DNA of 32,000 nucleotides from Gemmata obscuriglobus (GTDB lineage Bacteria; Planctomycetota; Planctomycetia; Gemmatales; Gemmataceae): NCBI RefSeq assembly GCF_008065095.1, contig NZ_CP042911.1, positions 6,000,001 to 6,032,000 of the forward strand, read 5' to 3'. Shown piece by piece: positions 1 to 8,615 of this stretch (position 1 is its first letter; each line of letters starts with the position of its first letter). The notes under the pieces were generated by a model. It saw only the letters and a program-made list of their open reading frames with translations, ran no database searches and was not told where the DNA came from. The position numbers and the translations under genes were made by a program.

Positions 1-303
1 CGGGAACGCATCCGGCCCCAGCACCCCGGCCCGGAACTGGTCCGGGTATCTCCTGAGTGCCTCCAGGATGCGCGGGTCTACCATGTAGTCGCCGATTTTG
101 ACCGGCTTACCGTCCACGCCCTTCCTAAGCTGATTCGTGGTTGGGTCCACCTCGTAGAAGGTGACTAGACCATCGTCGTTCGCATCCTTCATCGCTTCCT
201 CAGCGAGGTAGACGTGCGTTTTGGGCTTCCACGCGAGCGCCGGCTGCGAGGCGAAAGGCAGTATGCACACTGCGACTGCGGAGAGATAAACGTGACGGAA
301 CAC
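1..303 (-). CDS. Secreted zinc-dependent phospholipase C-like (S1/P1-like fold) protein, N-terminal part; gene continues past window start
   Basis: Own translation of the minus strand from GTG at 303 (GAGGAG 5 nt upstream) gives VFRHVYLSAVAVCILPFASQPALA/WKPKTHVYLAEEAMKD...FRAGVLGPDAFP. The frame is open to position 1. It shows a signal peptide, then a mature N-terminal Trp and an H..A...G..PD pattern typical of Zn-PLC family proteins. It is absent from the ORF track because it runs off the edge. Confidence 0.45.
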   Translation of the reverse strand, partial: MFRHVYLSAVAVCILPFASQPALAWKPKTHVYLAEEAMKDANDDGLVTFYEVDPTTNQLRKGVDGKPVKIGDYMVDPRILEALRRYPDQFRAGVLGPDAFP

Positions 304-459
304 GCGGGCTCCTCGGGGTCGGGAAAGGCGGCAAGGTGAACAGCAACAATCTGTGTTGGGCATGAATGCGGCGCCGGCTCCCTAACTGACCGTAATAATC
401 GCAAAAACGATAATTGTTTTTAGAAACAAACACAAATCCGTGTACCGATCGAGCTCCAC

Positions 460-1143
460 TTAACGCCTGCCCGTCGCTTGTACCAAGTACGCCTTCCGCC
501 GTTCGATCCGGTCCTTCGGTACCCCCGGCCAGTTGGCTGGATCGGCCATCACTTTGGCTAACCCGACCGAGTCGTTCTTGACTGCCAAGGGCTGCACTAG
601 TTTTCGCGACGCCGGTGTGTAGTCGCCCCGGAAACGGAGGTCGACAAGCACATCTCGCACCTTCGGATCGAGCTTGTCCCAGTCCACTTTGCCGTAGGTC
701 TCAACTACATCATTCTTTTCGCAGATCCGCTTCACGTCAGCAGCCGCCTCGTCGTAGCTGATGGCGAACAGAGCCTTCTGCTGGGCTCGGGTGATTTCCA
801 CTTCGGCGAGGTTGGCTTTGACGTAGGCTTTGGCGTCGTCGCCCTTCTTACCAGCCCCGTCGGCCAGAGACTTAGCGGTCGGTCCTGGCACCCCCGCTGC
901 CGTCAAGTCTTTCTCGGCCTGCGCGATCGACCGCTCCTTCAGGTCGTACCCGCGGCCGATCGTCACACCGGACGACGCCGACGGGACGTGCGGGCGCCGG
1001 CTGAAGTGCACTGATTTGGGGTCATCGTTCCCCTCGGCGTCGAACGTGAGCTGGCCGCGCGGAACTTTGAGATCGTCGTTTGCGGCAGTAGAGGTTGTAA
1101 CGACGATGGCGAGTAGACAGGCGGCGAACGGGAGCCGGATCAT
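460..1143 (-). CDS. Secreted pesticin/T4-lysozyme-like muramidase domain protein
   Basis: Track ORF 460..1170 begins at a TTG. The ATG at 1143 gives a classic signal peptide (MIRLPFAACLLAIVVTTSTAA) with GAGG 6 nt upstream. FDAEGNDD...SGVTIGRGYDL and DLRFRGDY resemble the catalytic Glu / TIG(x)G core of T4-lysozyme-like pesticin C-terminal domains. Confidence 0.7.
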   Translation of the reverse strand: MIRLPFAACLLAIVVTTSTAANDDLKVPRGQLTFDAEGNDDPKSVHFSRRPHVPSASSGVTIGRGYDLKERSIAQAEKDLTAAGVPGPTAKSLADGAGKKGDDAKAYVKANLAEVEITRAQQKALFAISYDEAAADVKRICEKNDVVETYGKVDWDKLDPKVRDVLVDLRFRGDYTPASRKLVQPLAVKNDSVGLAKVMADPANWPGVPKDRIERRKAYLVQATGRR

Positions 1144-1192
1144 TTCGGACCTCGGGTTCGGGTACAGCAACGTTGCGATCAGGTCGGCCCGG

Positions 1193-1996
1193 TCACTTAA
1201 ACTTGATTACCCAATAAACGACCACGTTCACCGGACGTGTCTCAGCATCGCCACCACCGGTGATCTCGTGGACGTGGTCACCGTCTTTTTCAAGTGGCAG
1301 TTGGCTCTTTTTGTTTTCATCGTTAATACTGGTTACTGTGTGGGCATTTTCCGCGGCGCCACCCGCTTTTCGGGATGCTTTGAGTTCCATCTTGAGAGGG
1401 TGGCTGTGAGCACCCTTTTTATCAGTTGTGAACGCGTCCTTGCCGGCGGGGCGCGCCGTCGCGTATCCCTGGCTCAGACCAACTGTTCGTGGCTCGCCTT
1501 TGTCTCGACCAGCTGGGCCCATGAAGGGGGACGTGTCGAGACCGCGGAGGAAGTACCCCCGGTAGTCGGGTAAGTGGAGAGCGTGTGGTGCCGACCTCTG
1601 TGGGATATAATTTGGACCGTCCAAAACAGCTCTCAGTTCCCACAGATCGGCGCGAACCCCGTCGAGGGACTTGTCCTCCCACTTCCGGCCGTCGCACAGG
1701 AGCCAACCGATTTCCGCCTCGGTCCAAACACCGCCGTCGCTCCTCTTCGGCGGCCATGTCCCAGCGAACGCCGTAACCGTCCCGACCGGCGGGCTGGTCC
1801 GCGACAGGTGGGAAACGTCTTCGGCCGTCTTGGTCGTCGTCAGGCGGTCGGCTAAGAGGGCGGCCTTCAATTCAGCAACCTCCTGGCGCAGTTTGGCCAC
1901 ATCGTCGGACTCGGCTGGCTTCATTCCGAACACCGCCACGGCCGCTACCACGGCCGCTCCGCACCCTGCCGCGGTGAGCCCCGATCGCCTGGTCAT
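1193..1996 (-). CDS. Phage tail collar domain (MdpB-like) protein with N-terminal Tat-like signal/anchor and short coiled coil
   Basis: Track ORF 1193..2176; the likely start is the ATG at 1996 (MTRRSGLTAAGCGAAVVAAVAVFG). Collar motifs present: PPVGTVTAFAG, GWLLCDG, LPDYRGYFLRG, His-rich AHSHP / GDHVHEITGGG, and C-terminal ETRPVNVVVYWVIKFK. Confidence 0.8.
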   Translation of the reverse strand: MTRRSGLTAAGCGAAVVAAVAVFGMKPAESDDVAKLRQEVAELKAALLADRLTTTKTAEDVSHLSRTSPPVGTVTAFAGTWPPKRSDGGVWTEAEIGWLLCDGRKWEDKSLDGVRADLWELRAVLDGPNYIPQRSAPHALHLPDYRGYFLRGLDTSPFMGPAGRDKGEPRTVGLSQGYATARPAGKDAFTTDKKGAHSHPLKMELKASRKAGGAAENAHTVTSINDENKKSQLPLEKDGDHVHEITGGGDAETRPVNVVVYWVIKFK

Positions 1997-2039
1997 AGCT
2001 GCTCCCGGATGAAACGGTTCGATCGGCGGTCCAAGTCCG

Positions 2040-5000
2040 CTACTTCGGGCTCGTAAAAGCCGCGAACGGGATGAGGACCCGGAACTCCGCGCCCTCCCGC
2101 TCCCATTTCTTCGCCTCGCCCGCCCGCCAGCTTTCGGGGTCGTTCGGTTGGGCGGCCAGTACGGGGCCGAGCACATACACGCGCCACTCGCCCGCGGCCG
2201 GCCACATTTTTACTCTCCCATCCCAGAGCCCGGGCAGGTCCTTCTTCAGGTCGTTGAGCAGTATGGCCTCCGGGACGCTCGCCGCGATTTTCTTCGGATC
2301 CGGCCGTTTGGTCGCCGGCGCGAACCGGTCACCCATCTTCCCGTACAGCCGGCCGAGGTCGGGCGGGACGATCAACAACCAGTAGTCACCGAGCTGGCTG
2401 ATTACCTCGAACCGGTCCTTCGGGCAGATCACCTGGGCGTGGGCCGGGAAGACGTAGTACGACTTGGTTGGATCAGCAGTCAGCTCGTAACCGCCGTAGC
2501 CGGCTGCGCCGGGAGGCGGGGTCGGTGCGGCCAGCAGCCGCATCCGGCCTAGGACGCGGGCCCGGTACTCGGGCGGGACGTCTGCCAGCGCCAGTTCCCG
2601 GTCTCCGTTTCGCATGGGGGTAGTCAGCCACTCGACCTGTGGCCCGGGCGGCTTGGCGCCTGCCGCCGGGTAGTGACCGCGGACCCAATACGGGTCTGGA
2701 AGAGTCGTGCCGGCCTTGGCGACGATTTCGTCCAATGCGACGACGACGGCTAATAACTTTTCCTCGACCTTGGGGGCCGCGTCGGTTCCGGTCAGGAGGC
2801 TGACGGCGGTTGTGTAGTGTGTCGTGACTTTGTCGTTTACGCGCCCGTTCCCGACCCCGGCTTGCCCGACCAACCGAACCCACCGGAGCATCCCGACCAC
2901 CCCGGTCGCCGCCCGCCGAAGGGCGTCGGGGTTCGGTGACTGTTCACCGGGCCGGGCCGCGGCGGTGCGGACCCCGAGCACGCCCGACACCCCCGACAGG
3001 GGACTCGGCTCGAACTTCTCGCCCTTCTCGACCTGCGGGTTGACCCCCCACCGGAGGCAGTCCGAGTAGGTGCGCTGGACGGCCGCCCGGCTCGCGTCGC
3101 GTCGCATCGTTGCGGCCTCCAAGTCGAGGGCCTTTGCCTCGGCGGTGAGGTCGGCGATCTCGCGCGCGAGGTCGGCCGCCCGCTTCCGCAACTCGGCCAC
3201 CTCCTTATGGAGCGCGTCCTTCTCCCCCAACTTCTCGGCCCACTTGACCCGGACATCGGCCGAATCTTTCAGGAGCGTGTCGATATCCAGTTTGGTTTCG
3301 GCGTCCTGGAGTTCTCCCTTGGCGTCCTTGATTTTCCCTTCAAACTCGACCAACGTGTCGCGGACAGACGCCACTGTGGCTGTCACCCCGTTCGGGCCGC
3401 GGGCGATGTCCCGCAACTGGTTCTCGTCCTTCGCATCCTGGGCGGCGTTGATCGCGGCCAAGAGCGCGGCGCTCTTCTTCTTGATCGAGTCTACCATCGC
3501 GCCGATCGCCAGCTCCTCGACCTTCGCCTTGTACGCTTCGATCCGGGCCCTCGTCCGGGCGATCTCCTTGGCCGTCGCCCGTTCAACGGCCGTGACCGCT
3601 CCGTTGGCGTCGAGAACGACAACCAGGTTGCCGGTGAGCACCTGTGCGAGCAACCGGCGGGCTCCCTCGCCCGCCGCACCGGCTGCCCCGGCCGCGTCCT
3701 TTAGCTTCGCCTTCGCGGTGTCGACGGCGGCCTTGGCCCGGGCCGCATCCTTCTGAAGGTCCGCCGGGAGCACCGCAACCAGCTCGTCGATCGCCTTTGG
3801 CAGTTCGGTCTTGAGCGTGGCGTCGTCGAACCCACTCAGCCGGCCCCACTTTTCGACCCGGGCCTTGATGTCCGCGACCACCGTTCCGCCGCTCTCCAGC
3901 ACGTCCTTCAGCGCCGCCGCAAGGGCGTCGTTCTTGAGCTTGATCCCGGCCTTTCCAAGGTCGACCTTGATCGTCCCCCGAACTGGGTCGAACTCGACCG
4001 GCAGGTCCAGGTGGACGGCCGCAACTAGTGGGGCAACGACCTTTCGGAACTCGGCCGGGGCGAGCGTCTTGAGCTGGTCAAGGAATTTCTTTCCGTCTTC
4101 CCCGAGCTTCGTCACGTCCGCTCGGCGGTCGGCGACCCACCCCTTGACGTCCCCCCACCCCTTCTTCATGTCGGCGCTGCCCCACTTGCCGATGGTCAGG
4201 TCACCGAGTCTGGCGACGTCATCGACCACCTCCCCGAGTTGCCCCAGGGCCTGAAGCGGGTTGTCCCAGTTGATCTGGCCCAGCTTCTCAGCGATGGTCA
4301 GGGCTTGGTCGACGGCCGTCCCGATGGCCAGGCTGGCCCCGCCGGTGAACGGTGCCAGAACGACGGTCACCACCTTGACGATCGCCTTCAAGATGGACAG
4401 GAACGAGGTCTTCTTGCTGTCCTCGATCTTCTGGGCAATGTGCTCCAGCTTCGGTCGGAGTGCGTCGAGGTCCTTGACCGCCTGCTCAACGATCTCGGTC
4501 GCCTTGGTCTGGGCCGCGAGCAGGGCGTCGACCTGGGCCGCAGCCAGGTCGCAGGTCCGCCGGGCCAGCTCCAACCGCTTGCCGGCCGCCGCTGCGTCGC
4601 CACCTTGAGCCTTTTTCAGCAGGTCGTTCGCCTCGACGGCGAGGCGGGCGACCTCAACCTCCAACTCGGCGGCCCGCGCGAGGAGGGCCGCCATCTCCCG
4701 CCCCTTGGCGGCAATCTCTACCCCGAGCCGGGCGGAGGCGTGCTCCAGTTCGCGCACGTCGGCCTTGTCCCGGCGGACCGCGTATCGGTCCCTCAGGTCG
4801 TCCTCGTGTTGGGCGTCTGCCAGAGCTTTGCGCAGGTCGCCGAGGGCGTCCGTCACGTCTTTCTTGTACGCGGCAAACGATTTCTCCGGCATCGCCGTCA
4901 GGTCCCACTCGGCACCCCCGAGGTGCGTGGCCAACCCGCGCAGGGCCGGCGGGCCGTCGACCGGACCCGCCTGGTAGGCGTCCCGGATGGCGCGCTGAAG

Positions 5001-6665
5001 ATCGGCCATCCCCCGGACCTGGCCGGCGACGGCCGCGAGGTCGTCCCCGAGCCGCTTCCGCTCAGCGGCCGACGCCTGCCGGCCCCAGTCCAGCCGGATC
5101 GGCAGGTCGCCGAGCAGTGGAGCGCTCTCCCGGGAAGCGACCCAGAAGGCCGTACGCGGCGGGACGTGGGCGGCGAGGTGGCCCCGGTCGAGGGCGTCGA
5201 TCTCTTTGAGGTGCGTGGTGAGATCGGCCACGAACCCCTTCGGGTCGTCCCCGGCGAGCACTTTGAACCGCTGCTGTTCGAGTTTGGGCAGTTTGGCCTC
5301 CCACCGGAGGTAGCCGTTGGCCCCGCGAACGGCGTCCAGGACGGCCCGGTCGAAGTGCCCGGCCGCGGGGGCGTGATTCCACCGGACCGGGGCGGCCGAG
5401 GCAGTTTTGCCGGCGGTCGGGTCGTCGGCGAAACATCCTGGCAGTTTGCACGTCTCCCAATATTTCGCCAGGCCGTTCGGGGCGGCGTCGTCGGTGAGTA
5501 CGAGCGCGCCCTCGCCGCGGTAGCTGTACAAGAACACGTAGCGCAGCCAGATGGCGGCCGCTGGCAGGGTTTCGTCGTCTTTGCCGGCATCGGGTGGCCC
5601 GACCGCTTCCTTCAGCCAGTCGATCACCTCGATTGCCTCTTTTTCGGCCTTGCCTGCCGGAAGGCGCTCCTGGTACCCCTTTCCGTCAGCCCGCGCGGAC
5701 CGGAAGGCTTCGGTCACCTTCTCGAGTACCTTCGGGTCGCGGAGTGCGGTTCGCACTTTGGCGAAGAGACTGAGCCGCTCGAGGGATCGGCTGACCGGCA
5801 GCCACTGCGGTCCCTCAGCTGGGCGTGGCCCCGGCTTGTCGGGATCGAAATCGAAGCTGATCTTGAACGACAGCCGGGAGAGCCACTCCGCCACAGGCGC
5901 CAAGTCCGGCCCGGCGCCGGCCGGACCGTTCCCCCGCCATGTGTCGAGCTGAAGGTTGACCAGCCGCCACACCGAGAGCAGCCCGCGGGCGTCCGGCTCC
6001 GGTGCGTCGCCGGGGCGGCCGAGGATGTCGGCCGTGGCCGGGATGAAGTCGGCGTGTTCGGCGGCCATGTAATCGGGCCGCTTGTCCGTTCCCCAAGGCT
6101 TGCGGAATCCGAGATCGACGACGAACCCGGTGGAGTCGGCAAGCCGGCGGCGGAGCGGGTCGGGCTGCCTCTCGGCCACAGCGATCCGCAGGTAGATGCC
6201 GAGGAGGAGTTCGAGGGCCGACCGCTCCTTATTCCCGATGGCAATTAGCGCTTCGGTGTGCCGACCGGCCGGCTGTTCCGCCTTGGCGGCGGTTTCCGCG
6301 AGCCGGGCGAAAGTGGCCCACCCGTGTAGCCACGCCAGGGCCCGGTAGCGGAGCGCACGCTCTTTTAGTTCGTGGTCGGCGACGCCCGGCCCCAGTTTGG
6401 AGATCTCGGCGCCGAGTGCGTCGACCTGTTTCAGGTTCTCGTTCAACGTACGAGCGAGTTCGCCGACCTCCTCGGGCCGGGGCTGCTTCCGGTCGACCGA
6501 CTCGTACAGGGCTTTCAGCGCCTGGTTCAGCCGGGCCGCCGCGGATGCCGGACGGGTCACGTCGACCGCCGCCGGCTTCGGACGCTGGTCGGCTCCGACG
6601 AACGGCAGGGCCGCCGTCAGGGCAATGATGGATGCGATCGCACCGAACTGGGTGAGCCGGTTCAT
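2040..6665 (-). CDS. Giant (1541 aa) secreted coiled-coil protein of unknown function
   Basis: Uninterrupted ORF with an ATG at 6665 and GAGG 7 nt upstream. It has an N-terminal signal peptide (MNRLTQFGAIASIIALTAALPFVGA), a long Ala/Glu/Lys/Leu-rich helical central region and one strongly hydrophobic helix-turn-helix segment. No family was recognised. Confidence 0.85.
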   Translation of the reverse strand: MNRLTQFGAIASIIALTAALPFVGADQRPKPAAVDVTRPASAAARLNQALKALYESVDRKQPRPEEVGELARTLNENLKQVDALGAEISKLGPGVADHELKERALRYRALAWLHGWATFARLAETAAKAEQPAGRHTEALIAIGNKERSALELLLGIYLRIAVAERQPDPLRRRLADSTGFVVDLGFRKPWGTDKRPDYMAAEHADFIPATADILGRPGDAPEPDARGLLSVWRLVNLQLDTWRGNGPAGAGPDLAPVAEWLSRLSFKISFDFDPDKPGPRPAEGPQWLPVSRSLERLSLFAKVRTALRDPKVLEKVTEAFRSARADGKGYQERLPAGKAEKEAIEVIDWLKEAVGPPDAGKDDETLPAAAIWLRYVFLYSYRGEGALVLTDDAAPNGLAKYWETCKLPGCFADDPTAGKTASAAPVRWNHAPAAGHFDRAVLDAVRGANGYLRWEAKLPKLEQQRFKVLAGDDPKGFVADLTTHLKEIDALDRGHLAAHVPPRTAFWVASRESAPLLGDLPIRLDWGRQASAAERKRLGDDLAAVAGQVRGMADLQRAIRDAYQAGPVDGPPALRGLATHLGGAEWDLTAMPEKSFAAYKKDVTDALGDLRKALADAQHEDDLRDRYAVRRDKADVRELEHASARLGVEIAAKGREMAALLARAAELEVEVARLAVEANDLLKKAQGGDAAAAGKRLELARRTCDLAAAQVDALLAAQTKATEIVEQAVKDLDALRPKLEHIAQKIEDSKKTSFLSILKAIVKVVTVVLAPFTGGASLAIGTAVDQALTIAEKLGQINWDNPLQALGQLGEVVDDVARLGDLTIGKWGSADMKKGWGDVKGWVADRRADVTKLGEDGKKFLDQLKTLAPAEFRKVVAPLVAAVHLDLPVEFDPVRGTIKVDLGKAGIKLKNDALAAALKDVLESGGTVVADIKARVEKWGRLSGFDDATLKTELPKAIDELVAVLPADLQKDAARAKAAVDTAKAKLKDAAGAAGAAGEGARRLLAQVLTGNLVVVLDANGAVTAVERATAKEIARTRARIEAYKAKVEELAIGAMVDSIKKKSAALLAAINAAQDAKDENQLRDIARGPNGVTATVASVRDTLVEFEGKIKDAKGELQDAETKLDIDTLLKDSADVRVKWAEKLGEKDALHKEVAELRKRAADLAREIADLTAEAKALDLEAATMRRDASRAAVQRTYSDCLRWGVNPQVEKGEKFEPSPLSGVSGVLGVRTAAARPGEQSPNPDALRRAATGVVGMLRWVRLVGQAGVGNGRVNDKVTTHYTTAVSLLTGTDAAPKVEEKLLAVVVALDEIVAKAGTTLPDPYWVRGHYPAAGAKPPGPQVEWLTTPMRNGDRELALADVPPEYRARVLGRMRLLAAPTPPPGAAGYGGYELTADPTKSYYVFPAHAQVICPKDRFEVISQLGDYWLLIVPPDLGRLYGKMGDRFAPATKRPDPKKIAASVPEAILLNDLKKDLPGLWDGRVKMWPAAGEWRVYVLGPVLAAQPNDPESWRAGEAKKWEREGAEFRVLIPFAAFTSPK

Positions 6666-6710
6666 ACGTGCGCCTCGGGGAGTCTGGCCGTTCGGAAGGT
6701 CGCTTCGTGA

Positions 6711-7385
6711 CTACTTGACGCGGATCAGGAAAAAGAGCTCCTGGTATGCGGGCTGATTGGCGCCTGAAGTGTCGCCGCCGTCCGCGTCCTTACCGTTCTT
6801 GTCCCCAACGAACCCGGTGAGCGGGTGCTCGTGTGCCCCGCCTTTCTCGGTCGGCGGGCCGTTGAGGTAGTCGTAGGTCCGGCCCCGGTAGTTCGGGATT
6901 TCGACGTAGCTGTTCCGGTCAGTGCTGGTACTGCCGTCGAACGTTGGAATGCGGTGCTCGTGTTCGCCATTTCTCCCGACCGCGAGTCCGGAAATGTTGG
7001 CGAGCTTCAGCGCCGGCAGGTTGTTGCTTCCACCGGCAGCCTTGGCCAAGTCGGCGACGGTATTCCGTCCGGCGGTCGCTCCTTTCGGGAACCGGTCGAC
7101 GAGGTTCGGCTTTGTCCCGGTCAGGATCGCCCCGTTCGTCTCCACCGGCTTACCGTCGCACACCTCCCATCCGGGCGGGACACTTGCTCGGTCGCCCCAC
7201 CACATGACGACCGTACCGATTGGCGGGCGCGTTTTCGACAACTCCGAAAGTTGCTCGTTGGCTTCCGTCAGCTTGAGTTCCAGAGCGCCGGCCAGCCGCG
7301 TGAGTTCCTCGACCTGTTTCGCTAAGGGGTCGGGGGCTACGCCCGCCAGCGGGGCGGCGAACAACTCGCGGCGGGTCGGGTCCAC
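6711..7385 (-). CDS. Phage tail collar domain (MdpB-like) protein with Tat-like N-terminus and coiled coil
   Basis: GTG start at 7385 with GAGG 7 nt upstream. N-terminus MDPTRRELFAAPLAGVA, coiled coil QVEELTRLAGALELKLTEANEQL, then collar motifs PPIGTVVMWWG, GWEVCDG, PNLVDRFPKG, GAHEHP and C-terminal NQPAYQELFFLIRVK. Confidence 0.8.
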   Translation of the reverse strand: MDPTRRELFAAPLAGVAPDPLAKQVEELTRLAGALELKLTEANEQLSELSKTRPPIGTVVMWWGDRASVPPGWEVCDGKPVETNGAILTGTKPNLVDRFPKGATAGRNTVADLAKAAGGSNNLPALKLANISGLAVGRNGEHEHRIPTFDGSTSTDRNSYVEIPNYRGRTYDYLNGPPTEKGGAHEHPLTGFVGDKNGKDADGGDTSGANQPAYQELFFLIRVK

Positions 7386-7872
7386 GTGCTCGCCTCGTTA
7401 TGGGGGGCAGGCGATCTTTTCATCGCCGAACGCTATCAAAACCTTTTGAGCCAACGCGTAAGTCAAGCACGCAGTCCGCAAGGACGCGTTCTTGCGTTAC
7501 GACCGGGTGGTTCAGGTGAGACGTCTTGAGGTCCCATACGGCATTCCCAACTGTGACGTACTTCAAGTGGAACCTTACGGACTTCCAGTTGGTAATATCC
7601 GCCCCAAGTCCACCGAGTTTAAGTTCACTGCTTGCTCGACGGTCGAGCAAGAAAAATCTTAAAATAGGTTTTGGTCACGGAGAACGGCTGCGTGAATCCG
7701 TCAATGCGCCAACTCGCCGGCGCCACCACAATTTCACCCACCGGATTTATTTCGCCCATTACCGGATGAGGGTCGCCGACAGACGCGCTGTTCCAGTTCC
7801 CCGCGCACACAGCCGCGGCTAATTGAGGTTCGATCGTCGCTATCGAACTAGCTCGTTTTCCTACTCGCTATC

Positions 7873-8095
7873 CACCCTTCAATGCGGATTCCCACTGTGC
7901 CCGGGTTACTCGGCGAGTGGCACTTGCGGCACGTGATGCGGGAGCTCGTGGCCCATTACAACAAGGAGCGCCCGCACCAAGCGAAGGATAACGTGCCGCT
8001 CCCCGAAGCCGAAAATCCTGACGTTCCCGACCGACGTGGTGAAGTACAAGGAGCGGCTTGGTGAGCTCCTCAAGCACTACTACCGAGAGCAACCG
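7873..8095 (+). pseudogene. Relic C-terminal fragment of a DDE (rve / integrase-core) transposase, 5'-truncated and frameshifted
   Basis: Track ORF 7882..8064 reads ..HLRHVMRELVAHYNKERPHQAKDNVPLP (HYNxERPHQ is the end of rve domains). The expected tail VVKYKERLGELLKHYYRE continues in another frame (track ORF 8036..8227). Only about 70 codons remain of a protein that is normally about 350 aa. Confidence 0.7.
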
Positions 8096-8615
8096 CCTGA
8101 GCCCCTCGGAATCGTCCCTCACCCGCGACACAAACACATTACCGCGGCCCGGCGATGTGATGCCCGCACGCGCCGACTGCTCGTTCCAGCGCCGTCGCGC
8201 TGGTTGTCGGGCGTGCAAAATTGTTGAGACATCGGCTCGCCGCGCGAACTGCGGTCAACCACTGCCGCAGCCGCCGTTCGGCCGCGGACAAGGTTTTTGC
8301 ACGGAACGTGTCCGGCGTCGTCCACCGATGTTAAACTAACGCCCTTCGCGGGAACAGCGCCGCGCAGAAACAATTACATTTGGCTGTTCTTCGACGAATG
8401 CCCCCGTACCGCTTTTCTCGCCGCAGCGTTGCCCGAAATCGCATCGGCCGGTTCGGGGCGCCCGACCGCATCGCCAGCGAAGACCACTCGCTCCAACCGA
8501 GGGGCGGTCCGCGGCTCGCACGGGTGCGCGCTACGACGGCGCGCGGTCGGGCGGCGGAGCGACTGGCTGCCGGGGCCGGGGGCCGGTCGAGCAACTCTCC
8601 GGTGCCGCGTGTCGC

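Noticed and set aside
189-433. 71- and 77-aa minus-strand ORFs near the window start
   Set aside because: They overlap the 5' end and upstream region of the better-supported PLC-like gene in other frames. They are Arg/Ser/Pro-rich with no start context.
404-459. AT-rich spacer with AAAAACgataattGTTTTT inverted repeat as a terminator/promoter between the lysozyme and PLC-like genes
   Set aside because: The stem is only 6 A/T base pairs, and I found no convincing -35/-10 spacing. It is plausibly regulatory, but the evidence is too weak to call.
4239-6248. 669-aa plus-strand ORF antisense to the giant coiled-coil gene
   Set aside because: It has no start context, no motifs and biased composition. 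The minus-strand frame is uninterrupted for 1541 codons and has a signal peptide and an RBS.
7631-7651. Perfect palindrome CTTGCTCGAC-G-GTCGAGCAAG in the IS-relic spacer
   Set aside because: No downstream T-run follows on either strand, so it is not a canonical terminator. It has no obvious gene context. It could be an operator or an IS remnant, but I cannot support either.
7420-7810. Two minus-strand ORFs (76 and 61 aa) and a 98-aa plus ORF in the lower-GC spacer
   Set aside because: There are no recognisable motifs, the frames overlap, and no RBS is present. They may be fragments of a decayed beta-rich gene, but that is not supportable from the sequence alone.
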